DNA of 64,000 bases, taken from Octopus vulgaris (Eukaryota). The notes beneath the pieces are model-generated. The model did no database searches. It saw only the letters and a program-made list of their open reading frames with translations, and was not told the DNA's origin. How positions within the stretch are numbered: position 1 is the first letter of the stretch; each line of letters opens with the position of its first letter. The translations under genes and the position numbers were made by a program. The DNA is taken from NCBI GenBank assembly GCA_951406725.2, contig OX597816.1, positions 147,250,001 to 147,314,000 on the forward strand, given 5' to 3'. Positions 39,626 through 57,289 of this stretch are shown piece after piece.

Positions 39626-42410
39626 AGAAACATTATATATTATGTAGTTTTATATAAAGTATTCGTTTTTAAGTCTACATCAGTTGCAAATTGTTTGGTG
39701 CAGCTGGAGAATATAAATTCTACCTCAATATTTCCATTTATATGTGGAAAGTAAATAAGGTTATCACTGATCACTTGAATAATTATATCTAATTGGGGCA
39801 GCGTTTAATATAGACCTGGAATTGGATGATTACATGGACACATACCCAACACCGAGAGAAGTACGTGCACTTACTCAAGTTGAAGAATTCAAACAATCAT
39901 ATTGGATAGAGTGAGTGTGGATACGGACACATTCAGCATGTGTTTTGAGTATGTGCCTATGTGCGTTTTCAACACTGGATCAAAGGAAAACTCACAATGT
40001 TTGTGGTATTCTCACCGAAGCACATCCGCACGTAGTATCGCGGACAGTGACCTACCATATAATTCTGGTGGTTTATTGTAGAGCAGTTATGGGTAAATCG
40101 CGGCTCACGAAATTTTCTGAATGTCACGTCTAACGAAAAAGTACCTTAAATATATTTAGTATCACGACCCGTTTGATGATGAACCGTGTCCCATGAAACA
40201 CACTTGTCAAACGATGTCCATGTCTACAATGTAGACTCTTGGAATGATTTGAGAAAATTACCGCATTGTAGCAACCTTGTTAATATATTGTGCAAACTGA
40301 TTATTAATGCCTACCTTCGAAATCTTCAGAAACATATTTCACGTAATCAGTAGCAGCGTCGCCTGCTACGTGTTATATTCGTGATTCGGTTTATACGATT
40401 GAGTATATTAAACCTTTTCTCTCATAAATATTTTTAAATGCCTAACATCGTACATATGTCTGTGTGCGTGTATCTCTAGCTGCTGCAGTATATTCATCAA
40501 CTCCCGAGCATTGAAAGAAATGCTCACAAGCACACACACACATACACACACAATATGTTTAGAGAGAATACATAGAAATATGTGTTCGTTTCATTCATAT
40601 ATTCCTATGTAGTCATGTTAAATTCTACTTCTACTGAATTATTTTTACGTTTTCCAAAATATTTTCTAAAGCGAGCTGTCAATAACTATAGGATAGTGAT
40701 TAATTTTCAATACTCTATATTCCAGAGGTATAGTCTACCGTTCAGTCTCTCACTCTCAGTTTGACAATATATATTTGTGAATGTGGGCGCACGCGTATGT
40801 ATAGAGGTAATTGTATAGATAGATAGATTCATACATACATTTATGAACATAAAAATAAATTGCAGACATTTTGGTTCATCTTAGTTATTCTGAAGTGTCA
40901 TTTGAAACCTTGGATAATTAAATTTCCATGAATCATGTACGTCTTCAATATATATATACTTCGCACGGAAAATGTAAAATGTGGCGCCACAATGTCAAAA
41001 CTGAAATCGATATATAAATAATCTGAAATTAATGAAATACGGGAATTGATAAGGTCTCAGCGATGTTTTTAATGAACACAATGGTCGCTTCCCGCCATAA
41101 TTGTGAAAGTTTGTATAGAAATACGGGCATGACTTTGCAGATGCCATGACACTGCTCACATTGGAATATAGTACATACTACATACAAAATAATGGATACT
41201 TTCAATGGAGTATTAATCTTTATAGTGGCCTGCAACTTCAGACTTATGTTGATATTGCTGCTTAATCTAAAGTCAATTCTGATTCTACAGACAAAAGTAT
41301 TTGAATCTAAATTATTCCTTAATTTTCCTAGATGCATCGTTTCCAAGAATAAAATTACTATCCTGACCACTTTTAATACTGCGGCTTACAATCTGAGCAA
41401 CATTATTACCCGGCATATCGACCATGTTGTGGTTTCAACTTTGGTTCGCATATGTGATATGTACAATTTGTTGGTGCTGTTGTTGATTGGATTGTAAGCG
41501 AAACATTGAAGGACAGATCTATAGTTAAACACACTAGCCATCAAATTAGCATTTTCTCAGGTGCAGCTTATTTTCTTATTTAGATTGACACATGTGTCTT
41601 CAGCTCTATTGTGGTTTGCAGCATTTTTCACTGCTATTTAAAAAACATCGAACGACTATGTAATGTTTTAGTTAGAAACTCATACTTTTGGTTCTTCCAG
41701 TGCTATTTCACATCACAATGAGCTGTTCAAATTAAAGGCTTCCACTGTACCAGTGTGAATCAATTATAGAAAATCTAAGTGGTATGTAATAATGAAATGT
41801 ATCTTTCTTATTGATAGGGAACACCTACAAGAAGAATTCAGTCAAACAGCTAGCAGTTAGATGTACTCCATACCTCATTTTTTCACAAGTAATGCCACGA
41901 GCTAATATCTAAACATTATCATTTTACAACATATGCACAAAAGTATTGCTACATCAATGAATCAGGAGAATTATTTCTTTCTGGATTGGTTTTATGTGAA
42001 TATACTGATATAGTTAATTATGCAGCGATAGAAATTCAGCAAACATGTTGCATCATAAGTAAAAAGTAACCTCATGCTTTGGATTAAGTGAAAGTATCAC
42101 GATTAAATACACCTGCGTGCACCATTAAATTATTCAGAACATATATTTTGTTATTTATAACAAAAAGCTTAATGTATGAGGCTGTTTGGTAACTCTAATA
42201 CTTATCAGCAGAAAGGGACAGTTCATATACAATATACATTAAAAAAATATGAACAATATAGTAAGCAAAAAACATTTGTCAGAAGCTACACCAAATCTAC
42301 GAAGTCCTCGCCATTATTTACATCGATCAATAGGAGGTACGCAAACACTCATACATGTATACTTTCATGTATACATATGTATGAGGAAATACACACACAC
42401 ACACACACAC

Positions 42411-42483
<73 letters not shown>

Positions 42484-42639
42484 GATACATACATACTATC
42501 ATACATACATACTTACTTACTTACTTACTTAAGGTCTAAAGAAAGTAATTACCGCATCTGAAATCGAAATAGGGAAAGGGAAAGAAATTTATGGTGAAAG
42601 TATTTTTTTAAATTAATCTAAGGAAAGGGAAAAATTAAT

Positions 42640-42840
42640 ACTTCTCTACACATGAGCCACCATTGTCTACGCATATTTGTAAACCTACAGCAAAATTTCC
42701 AATAGCATTTTGACAGATTTCAGGCGCTATTGAGCCATGTTTTCTTCAGTAAAATCCTCTAAATCTTGAAGTCGCAGAGGCTTTTTGAGAGATGTAGCTT
42801 TTTTCTCTACCACCTGCAACACAAGTTCAACATATTCCTA
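42640..42840 (-). mobile_element. Tc1/mariner-type transposase C-terminal remnant
   Basis: Minus translation LKKPLRLQDLEDFTEENMAQ.APEICQNAIGNFAVGLQICVDNGGSCVEK resembles the KPxxxxELxxxI...NFxxRLxxCxxxxGGHxE terminus. Confidence 0.5.
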
Positions 42841-43434
42841 TGTAATACACATTTTGAATACCTCATTTTAACTTTAAAAAACAAATGGAAATGTTAATAT
42901 TAAAAAGAAATATTCTGATTATTTTTCAATTTCTTGAAAATGTATTTCATTTTATATTATTTTGCAGTTCTATTATTTGTATTTCAAATATGATGGTTAC
43001 GTTATTTAAACGGTCTGCATGTATATGTGTGTTTGTAAGCGTAAATGTATGTTTCTGTGTTTGTGTGTCTGTGTGTGTGTGTGTGCGGGCGCGCATATGA
43101 ATGTGTGTGCGTGTGTATGTGCCTGTAAGTATGTAGTTTTTTTTTATCATATTGAGAATATATAGAGAGAAAATAATTCTCTTCAGATAATGATAGTTCT
43201 CAACATTAACAAAAATTGAATATTACAAAATAGGTATTACAAATTGGAGATCTATCTGCCTGCCCAAGCATTTATCTCTTAATTTATCTCTCTAAGTATG
43301 TGTATGTATATACGTAGGTAGGTATGTATCTAAGTAAGTATATGTGTATATATCATAACCATATACAATAACTATATATCATGTATAAATATAAAATGCG
43401 TAATATACGAAAACTTCTATATTTGTGTATATAT

Positions 43435-43747
43435 GTTATTTCAGTCATTTGACTGCGGTCATGCTGGAGCACAATTTTTAGTTTAGCAAATTGACCCCAG
43501 GTCTTATTCTTTGTAAGCATAGTACTCATTTTATCGGTCTCTTTTGCCGAAGTACGAAGTTACGGCTGTCACACACACATATGCATAAATATACGATGGG
43601 CTTCTTTCAGTTTCTGTCTACCACATCCACTCACAAGGCTTTGGTCGGCCCGAGGTTATAGCATAAAATACTTGTCCAAGGTGCCATGCAGTGGGACCGA
43701 AACCATGTGGTTCGTAAGCAAGCTACTTACCACAGAGCCACTCATGC

Positions 43748-43790
<43 letters not shown>

Positions 43791-43859
43791 GGGACTGAAA
43801 CCGAAACCATGTGGTTCGTAAGCAAGCTACTTACCACAGAGCCACTCATGCGTCTCTCT
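43435..43859 (-). mobile_element. SINE-A with an exact 60-bp tandem duplication of its tRNA-like head
   Basis: The body matches the reverse complement of 32826-33245. accgaaaccatgtggttcgtaagcaagctacttaccacagagccactcatgcgtctctct occurs at 43696 and 43800. Confidence 0.85.
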
Positions 43860-44231
43860 TTCTCTCTCTCTCTCCCCCTCTCTCTCTCACTATATATATA
43901 TATATATATATATGCATGTGTGTGTGTGTATAGCAAATAAGTAGCAAGGATGCCCGAGTATCAGTGCATTACGGCCTTTTCAAGCGGCTCCACTTAACCA
44001 ATCTATGTAAGCATTACATCAATCTCCTGTATAGATTTCCATATAGATTTCCGACATACAGGATACTCCATTATGGCTGTTTTTTTCTTTTTGTTTTTCT
44101 TTTTATCAAATTTTTGATGAATGCTAGTAAGTAAAATAATTACGTAGCATCTCTTTGCTATTATTGTAGCAGAATGAATTTAGGAAATATACCTAAAGCC
44201 TACTATAAATTATAGTGGCTCCAAATTATTA

Positions 44232-44320
44232 TAGGCTTTGTGTAGGTTTCTTATTTCTTTTGGCAGAGCATTGAAGAACTGTAGGTTTTTGGACCCTAAG
44301 CAATATACCTGTTGATGGTT
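44232..44320 (-). mobile_element. Short CR1/L2-group LINE ORF2 C-terminal remnant
   Basis: Minus translation CLGSKNLQFFNALPKEIRNLH, resembling the ..(W/F)NxLPxxIR.. motif. Confidence 0.5.
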
Positions 44321-44973
44321 TAATGTTGTGTATGTATGAATGTATGTATATATGTATGTATGTACGCACGCATGTATGTATGTATGAATGTATGTATGTA
44401 CGCACGCATGTATGTATGTATGCACGCATGTATGTATGTATGCATGTATGTATGTATGTATGTATGTATGTATGTATGTATGTATGTATGTATGTATGTA
44501 TGTATGTATGTATGTATGTATGTATGTATGTCACCTTCGTCGATATGGCTAGGAAATGGCAGAATCGTGATTTCTTCAGTAAACTTCCAGGCTTTCATTC
44601 AGACAGTAATCGGAATCAAAAACGTACTCCTATAGCAATGAACTCCATTCTTCTTACTTCCGGGCCCCACCTTGCATTTTCCTCTTCCGTTTTCTTTTTC
44701 CTTTGTGAATTGATTTTATAATTGAACGACAATATCTTACTAGATCATGTCACACTCGTTCATCCCCACAGTTGTGTTCTATTTACAGGTGTTTGTGAAC
44801 TTGACAAATAGGAATTCGATTGTTCGAACTATCAATTGTATATACCTCAACAAGACTGGCAGAGAATCTACAGCATATCCTGTTTTTTTACTCTTTCTCT
44901 GAATGTGCTTATATACACGATACATACATATGCATATTTGTATACGAACGTATTCATATATGCATACATTCAT

Positions 44974-45039
<66 letters not shown>

Positions 45040-45085
45040 TGTCTATATGTACATGTCTTTCTTTGTCTTCCTCTCTTTCTTGTGC

Positions 45086-45142
<57 letters not shown>

Positions 45143-48100
45143 TATATATACATTGTGTGGTGTGAGCCTGCCTGTGTCTGTGTGTAGTGTATGTGTGGTG
45201 GTATATACTTTTCAGAACTGGATGTTTAAAATGAATGTTTGACATTTTTTCATAATTGAGTACATATATTTATAGGAAGGCCTCGTTTTAATCTTATCTT
45301 GCAGTAAAAATTAATTTATAAAGCTACTTAAGAAAGAAGTATTCGTTTCATTCTGTTTATTTGATGTGTCCAGAAAGAAAACAATATTATTCCAAATTAT
45401 TTTGAAAATTAACGATATATTCAATTTTTATCGCCTCGTAAAAATCATCTTAACAGTTACCGCAACATATATAATTAGTATTCCTAATTGTATTATGGGA
45501 ATTTTGTCGCTTTAATGTTGATAGATTTACGCAAGCATAATTTATGTTTTAGATATTTAGGCTATTTTCTGCTTGCTTTTTACGATAAGTCTTATCATTT
45601 TTGAAGAAATGTCCAGCTTCAAAGAGGCATTTATGATTCCATAAATCTGACGTTATAAATAAATGGCTGCCATCGTAGCTGGCATTTGTTTTGTCTTTAT
45701 GCTATTTCATCAGGCGATACCTTAATGACATTATCATTAACATTATTCCCATTCTAATGACTTTCATTGTAGTGGTCACCACCATCGTCATCACCCGCAT
45801 CAGATGCTGCAATAGAAGCGGTATAGACAATGTCGTTATCGTTATTGTGATCATCAACACCATGAACAATTACAGTAACAGCAGAAGTATAGCTAAAGCT
45901 ATTCATTACACTCATATTGCCCTAATTCTTCTCATCATCAGCCATAGCTATTTTAACACAATGCTTACTATTAGCATCGTGATTATCATCTTCGTCACGA
46001 CCACTGCTACCACCACCTCCAACATCACCTTCGTCATCATGATCATCATGTTCTTCATCTTCGTCGTCGTCGTCGTCGTCACCATTATCATCCTTACTAT
46101 CCTCTACTTCTCATCCCCATCATTAACAGTGTCACCATATATTTCTTTGTGCTAAAATACAGTCTAATGTTATCACTTCATTAAAGACTTCTTTTATGGT
46201 TCATGCTCTTGATCTATTTCCCGAGGAAAGCTCTTATGTTTGTTGTTTTGAAAATATTACTACACAGATAAAAAAATGTCTTTCTTCACTTTATCTGTTG
46301 TACTAAGGCCGCACACGTCTTTGTTTCTCGCATAGTGACAAATGCACGTCTACTTTACTTTAATAATGCTTCGGGCAGAAATTTCAGCGTAAATCTAAAT
46401 CAATAATATACTTGTTTTCTTGATTTTTTTTTCCCAGTATTCACCAAGAATATTAAATCATCACATATAACTGCCTGCGGTTGATACTATTTTATAGTGC
46501 TAAGGTTACTAATGCTTGTGGCAGGTGGTGAGGTGTAGAAATATTTTCTAACTCCGAGTAGGCTGTAACACGGTTTCGATTCTATTAACTGCTAATGCTA
46601 TGATATTCGTTCATTCAGGCCTCTTGAATTTAGCGTATATTGTATTGTCTCAGGTCTTCCCACTAGATTTCTGACAACTTATTTTTATTGTTTTTTTTTA
46701 AATATACATACCTGTTTCATCTTTAGTCTATAATTAGTATTTATAAAGAAACATCATCTATAGTCAATTACTTGGCAGTTAAATTATGCATAACGTCTAC
46801 ATTTACATGCACAGCACAAGGTAAAGTGCCTTCTTGCAAGCAGTTATTCCAGTTTCAAACCATTTGATGCTCTCACATTATTATGAATGCCTTAATATTT
46901 AATATTATGGAACTCAAATTTCTTTTCATTGTCTGAAAACAATATATTGATGGTCCAATTACAAATATCACAAATGGCGCAGATCAACGTTTTGTACTAA
47001 TATGTAGAATGAATTGAAAAATATCCCCTTTTAAGAGCAAGTCGCATAATTCAGGTTCAAAATTCAATCCACTAGTGTTACAAACATACTGTTAAAGATA
47101 TAATTATACCCATAACTTCCTGTCTTTTTTTCGTCTAAGTAAATCAAATTGATTTCTTCATAATATATCAGTCACAATACCTTGTTCCTTTCTTTCAATC
47201 AATAATTCATTAAAATTTTCTAATTGGTTCTTTTCTTAAAATATGACATTTTATGTCTGTGTATTAATGTCGAATTGTATACCGTTCTTTTATCATACTC
47301 GTTTAGTACATTTGTCGACAATGAGCATAGAAAATCAGGCCTCTAAGTTTAGGTCAAGATTTAAAAAGCTGAATTATAAAGTGTACCATCTAAAATGTAA
47401 TACAAACGTGGTGAATCTCATATTAAGTTTGGAAAGATAATTTCCAGAGTATTTCACACCTTTGAAGGTGATAAATTTTATCACTCGTCTTTGACTCTGA
47501 GATTCTTAACTTCTACCAAAAGCTAGTCCTATGCAACTAAATAATTAGTACAAAAATATGATCAACCCAATCTTGCTCAAATGGCCATTTATAATTTAAA
47601 CTTGACACGATACATTCCAAGATGTAGTCCTAGATATAAGAGGCCGGGAAATGATGCTATCGAATGTGATGAGCTGACATTCAGAACAATTTTGCGGCAA
47701 AATATTTCTAACAAATCAAATAGGAGAAAAATATTCATAGCAGAGAAATATACATGGTCTAATTCCTCCAATAAATCTCAAACACCTAGATACATCTCAC
47801 CAAGCGACTCGCAAATCGTTTGGGCTATGTTGTCCACAAACATCACTCCAGGTGATGTTATTCAGTATGACTTTGTCTGGGATAACAATGGCCAAAGCCT
47901 CTCTAAGTTATATTAAAATTCAAAATATTGGGTTAATTTACATTTTTCAGATTCCGAAAATTTCTTTTTTAATAAATGCAACCTGATTCCAGATCCAGTC
48001 AATCAGTGGATTTTTTTTTTACTTTTCTAACGCAGGCGTTATATGAAATATAAATTTCCAGAGTTGATCTTTTTTCTGAAGACATTTATACTGCAAAACA

Positions 48101-48598
48101 ATTAACAAGTATGTTGTTTTAATACAATAAAATAGTCTGTTCGTGTTTCTATTATTACAATCCAATTAGAGGAAAGGATCTTTACAAAATAGCTAAAAGC
48201 AAATCTAATAATTAAATACAATTAGATAGAATTATCTTCTTGTAATAAGCTAAAAACATTTAAATTGAAGTCATAAAAATGGAATCACTGCAATGCTTAT
48301 GGCAAGGAAAATAAATCTTTGAGTTTAACCCAAAACATATCCTCATCTGGCAAACCTACGGTTAGGCATTCCAGGAATAACCATCCACATATTTTCAGAC
48401 ATAGTGTACCCAGGCTGCAAAAAAGCAATGCATCGTATTTTTAGCACGAGGTGATGTGTGAGAAAAAATTGACTGCTAATTCTAGCAGACCAAGAGACCT
48501 TTAGAAGATCAATCATAGTTCACACATAAACATATATTTTGAGCTACTGGTATAGTGATTGAATAAACACACATACATATGAACATACATACACGCAC

Positions 48599-52440
<3,842 letters not shown>

Positions 52441-52844
52441 TTCCATATTTCCCAACACATCAAAGCAACATTTATAAGACAACAAATTGCTAAAGTGCAC
52501 GCTCTCTATAAACAGCTACTCTTACGAAAACAGTGACAGAAATTCTCACTGATCAAGTGGTTACCTGATCAATATAAAAGTAGCTTAAGAAATGTATTAA
52601 GACATTCATTGCTAGATATCGAAAGAGCAATTACCGTTTGTAACGTTGGCATAACGCCTAAATTAGAAAGATGAGGCACATAGATGTTGCATTGACCGCA
52701 GCGTCTTAAATGTATTCACCCTCACGACTGAAGAACTGTAAAACAGAGGGATTAGTAGTTAGAAAATAGACGAATGGAACTAAATATGTAATGTAAGTAA
52801 TTTCATGCCCGAGCAACTGATTAGAAGCGTTATCAAGTACATGT

Positions 52845-53295
52845 TTCGATTACAGAAGACGGGCTACAGCAAATATTCTGCTCAATACCACAGATTTGCT
52901 TGTCAGTTGTTTCACCATAACCCGCTGAGTACATCCCTTAGAGGCTGAGCAGAAGTAGTGGGGGAGCATCATAGCTATATCCTGAAAAGTGTTCTCTGGG
53001 GTTTGAATAACTCACCTCTCGAAACATGGATGTTTTGTTCATCATCCTGAAACAAAGTTTATTCAGGAACATTTTGAGCGGAATGGGCTACTCAATCTGA
53101 AGAATATTCTAACAAGGCTCCACCTGCAAGGTCATGTGCTGTTTATCTTGATACGAGATCACTTTGTCGCGAAATTATGGCGGTGATGTATGTGCCTGCC
53201 ACACTCTTATCAGACGGGTAGTCATGATAGCCATACTGGGCTTCATATATTTTACCCCAGTGTCACTTTGATGGCATGCGCTGCTCTCTCATCCA
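52845..53295 (+). mobile_element. Unclassified interspersed repeat family E ending in (AAT)n; further copies at about 54525-54665 and 16948-16980
   Basis: cttatcagacgggtagtcatgat...atactgggcttcatatattttacc.cagtgtc.ctttgat.gcatgc.ctgctctctca is shared by 53206-53291 and 54578-54662. Each copy is followed by an AAT array. Confidence 0.75.
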
Positions 53296-53300
53296 ATAAC

Positions 53301-53353
<53 letters not shown>

Positions 53354-53607
53354 TAATAATAATAACAATAGAGGTCCTTGTTGTGACTTGGCGAACAATA
53401 TAAACCCCCGCTAGACACAAAATCTTCAATCAATAACCTCACAGTATTTTATATTGTGTGACTCTACAAAAATAATGAGAACGATAATAATAACATTCTC
53501 CTGTATCTCAAATAGAGACGTGAGAAAGCCTTACTTGAAACCTTTGGTAATTTGTCATTAACTGCTTCCAAATATTTTTTTTTTTATATTTACATTATTT
53601 ATATTAC

Positions 53608-53755
53608 TTACATTTGGCGGATATTTGTCTTCATCTTGTTTGTTGTTAACACAACGTTTCGACTGATATAGTCTCCAGCCTTCATCTGGAGGGTATGTCA
53701 GCCGAAACGTTGTGTAATAACAAAAAAGATGAGGACAAATATCCGTCAAATGTAA
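53608..53755. repeat. About 148-bp imperfect palindrome made of two inverted hammerhead-bearing termini joined inside the ribozyme
   Basis: ttacatttggcggatatttgtcttcatctt...acacaacgtttcgactga versus tcagccgaaacgttgtgt...aagatgaggacaaatatccgtcaaatgtaa. The left arm on minus reads (CA)GATGA a ggctg...cagtc GAAACGTT. Confidence 0.85.
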
Positions 53756-53859
53756 ATGATGGAATTAATGTATATGAATCATCATCTTGTAAATATAGAA
53801 CTGTATAAAAAATATAAACGGATATTAAGATCTCCCTGGGTGTCCACAAAAGCTATGCC

Positions 53860-54423
53860 TCCTCATCGATATGACTGTCCGAATCGACATAAATATATTT
53901 GTCAAAACTAACCAGAAACTGACCAAATATAAAGATCTTGGAATAACAATCTGCAAAATGTTGAAACTCGACACCAGAACAATATCTATAGTTCTAAGTG
54001 GCCAAGGAATAATATCAAAATGGCATCATTGTTACCTATCTCCGATTCCAGAAAATACAAACACGTAATTCAAAACTTAATGCTCATGGGAAGTGCTCAT
54101 ATCCGACGAAAAGTACATTCTATGTTGTTTCGAAAACAATTTAATCTGAAAATATATTATCAGAAGTATTTTAAACGTACTTTTACCAACAACTCTTACT
54201 GTCATCGTAAGATCATACTATCATCATATTACCAAACTATTTTGAAAATAGATATTTAATTTTCTTATGTTTTGACTGACATTCTCTTGAAAGCTGCTTT
54301 ATACTAATACAAAGACATGGCAGTTATCAACCACTTTACTCATGATACTGACTTGAAATTCAAACACGTCTCTTGAGGTCTCTTACTTGGAGTCAACTTG
54401 TATAAACACAAAGCAAAACGCAC

Positions 54424-54428
<5 letters not shown>
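53860..54428 (+). mobile_element. Degraded R4/Dong-type LINE 3' end with (AAT)n tail
   Basis: KLTKYKDLGITICKMLKLDTRTISIV...MGSAHIRRKVHSM. The 3' UTR gtctcttgaggtctc...acttggagtcaacttgta matches the reverse complement of 63690-63731. Confidence 0.8.
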
Positions 54429-54471
<43 letters not shown>

Positions 54472-54732
54472 TTTCATTTATTTGACACAAGGGCGAATCC
54501 ATTCTACTAGGGACTAGACCTAAATGAGATGATCATGTTGCGCACATATGGTTGTGATGCATGTGTCTGGTGTACCCTTATCAGACGGGTAGTCATGATG
54601 GGTATACTGGGCTTCATATATTTTACCTCAGTGTCTCTTTGATAGCATGCACTGCTCTCTCACACAACAACAACAATAATAACAATAATAATAATAATGA
54701 TAATAATAATAATAACAATAATAATGATGATG

Positions 54733-54764
<32 letters not shown>

Positions 54765-54908
54765 GATAATAATAATAATGATAATAATAATGATAATAAT
54801 GATAATAATAATGATGATAATAATAATAATAATGATAATAATGATAATAATAATAATGATGATAATAATAATAATAATTATAATAATGATAATAATAATA
54901 ATAATAAG

Positions 54909-56052
54909 CACAACCCAGTTCACTCGTTGATAAGGTGTATACTTTTAGTGCTGTTATCAGACTGGGGTTCGGACTGAGAAAGCGTGGTGTGTTACTCTTG
55001 AAGACAGGCAAAATCAAATGTGTGGACGGGCTATCGGTACCGTCGGGGGAGGTTATGAAGTAGATAGATGAGACGGGCTATAAGTATTTTGGGATTCTGG
55101 AAATGGATAAATTGATGGAGAAAGAAATTACAGAAAAATTTAAGGCGGAGTACTTGCGCAGACTGAGACAGATACTTAAGTCGAAATTACACGGACGGAA
55201 TAAGATTGGATCTATCAACACCTGAGCGGTTTCACTCCGTAGATATGGAGCAGGGGTAATCGCAAGGACATTAGACGAACTAAACAACTTAGACAGAAAG
55301 ACAAGGAAGTTGCTAACTAGATATGGGTCACTCCACCCATGAAGTGACACAGACAGACTTTATGTGCCAAGAAAAAGAGTGGGAAGAGGAATTATTGGAT
55401 GCGAACACGGCGTTAGAGCAGAAGAAAGCAACATAGCATGTTATGTAAAAATGCCACAAAACCACTATTATTTGAAGAAGGTCAGCCTTGTGTAGGATGA
55501 AAGATTACAAAGATGAAGCACTGTACAAGCAATTGAAAGCGAATGAAACTGAAAATAGGTGGGTAAAGAAAAGAAAGCATGGACGATTTTATAGATTGTT
55601 GAAGATAAGACAGACAAAGAAAAAAGATGACTGTAGATGACTAAAAGGGATTTAAAATTGGAAACAGAGGCTCTGATCTGTGCTGCCCAAAAGCAAGCAC
55701 TAAGAACAAACTATATAAAATACAAAATAGACAATAGTACAGAAAGTGATAAGTGCAGAATCTGTGGACAAAATGGTGAAACCGTATGGCATACAACCAG
55801 CCAATGTACGCCACTCGCCCAGAAGGAATATAAGAGACGCCACGACAATATAGCAAGGCTTGTCTATTGGACACTTTGCAACTAGTATGGACTTGACAGA
55901 GCAAAAAATGGGTACGACCACATACCCGAAGGCATCATCGAAAATGATAATGCAAAGATCCTGTGGGATTTTATTATTCAGTGCGACCATGAGATAGAGA
56001 ATAGGAAACCAGACATAGTCTTAATTGAGAAAGAAAGTAAACTATGCTGGAT
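54909..56052 (+). mobile_element. R4/Dong-clade LINE fragment: RT C-terminal region, CCHC motif and start of the restriction-like endonuclease; has stops and frameshifts
   Basis: YKYFGILE..EYLRRLRQILKSKLHGRNKI..LDRKTRKLL..DRLYVPRKRVGRG..ETEALICAAQKQALRTN..CRICGQNGETVWHTTSQC..YKRRHD..KILWDF..NRKPDIVLI. Begins directly after a 250-bp AAT array. Confidence 0.92.
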
Positions 56053-56659
56053 CTATTGCAAAATTACTAGTCTTTTCTGATCGGACATACAAATGAATAT
56101 ATATAGCAAATATTAAAACTTTTGTATCTACAATTTTGTGTTAAAGTTTCATCTTTCTTTTCTCCCTGACTACCTGAATATGTAAACACATCTTTTATTG
56201 CAACAACGCAATTAGATGCAAGAAGAAAAATTAAAGAGGGGTGCAACTGCTAATATATACAAACTGCACAATTACAAAACCTATAAATCACAGTAAAACT
56301 TATAACAAAAAAAGACATTTTTTTTTTTTAATCAGAAATTCAAAATTCCAACGCTGTTAACATCAGTATATTTTTTTCCTATCGGTAATTAAAAATAGGT
56401 GAACTGGCTCTTTTGAAGATCACGGTTAGCACTCTCATTGACGCTAGTAGTAGTAAACACATTTGACCTCTGCTAGCCCCAAGGGTGTGAGTCCTCTTTT
56501 GTTTCCTTCTCGCACAGAAATGCCCATTGCTGATCTTACCATCTGCCGAATGTATTTACAGACCAGTAGAATTTGATCTATTCACCAAGCTGCTTCTCTT
56601 GCTTCTACCCTCAAGGCGGTTACAAACCCTGTGATTGCGTGAGCACTTGAAATGACCAG

Positions 56660-56826
56660 TAAATGAACTAAAAGGCAGTTGAGAATGATCGCTGGTGGCG
56701 CAAAAGATAGTATTAAGTGTTAACTGCAACGTAAACAGACTGTATATGAAAAGAATGGTGGCAGAGGACTGATTAGTAGAGACCATTGTATAAGGAGTGA
56801 AAGGAGAACGCTTGCCGAATATTTAT
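56660..56826 (+). mobile_element. Small R4/Dong-type RT remnant
   Basis: NVNRLYMKR/GGRGLISRDHCIRSERRTLAEYL, followed by (AAT)n. Confidence 0.6.
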
Positions 56827-57289
56827 AATAATAATAATGAAATTATTGTATACAGTGCTCAGGTGCACCACAACTTTGATAAAGGGTGACGAAGATCTGC
56901 TGCAATATACCGGGACCCATATTATTATTGATAATTTTAAGTGCTATAGGTAGAACGATGGTGGTAATGATAATCGCTATGGTTATGGAGACGACACAAT
57001 GCAAGCACATTATTCATATATATATATGTGTGTATGTACATACATGTGCACGTGTATATAAAATAAAGGGAAGAAGACAGAGATAGGATCTCAATAACAT
57101 CTCACGTGGGAACCCAACGAATGACTCATGAAATCATGATGCGACACAACAAGGCAAGAATTAACTGCGAGAATGAAGCTATATAGCCGATCATGGTGAA
57201 GGTTTCCTTCCCGTCACGTTCGAAACCACCCATATCAGGGGCAGTAATCTCGCCTGGGACGGTCGTTATGTCACAACAGATCACATACA

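Noticed and set aside
41029-41497. Overlapping ORFs of about 100 aa in non-repetitive sequence
   Set aside because: No recognisable domain in the frames I translated.
47581-47916. 111-aa ORF in unique-looking sequence
   Set aside because: No recognisable motif or splice context, and the length is compatible with chance.
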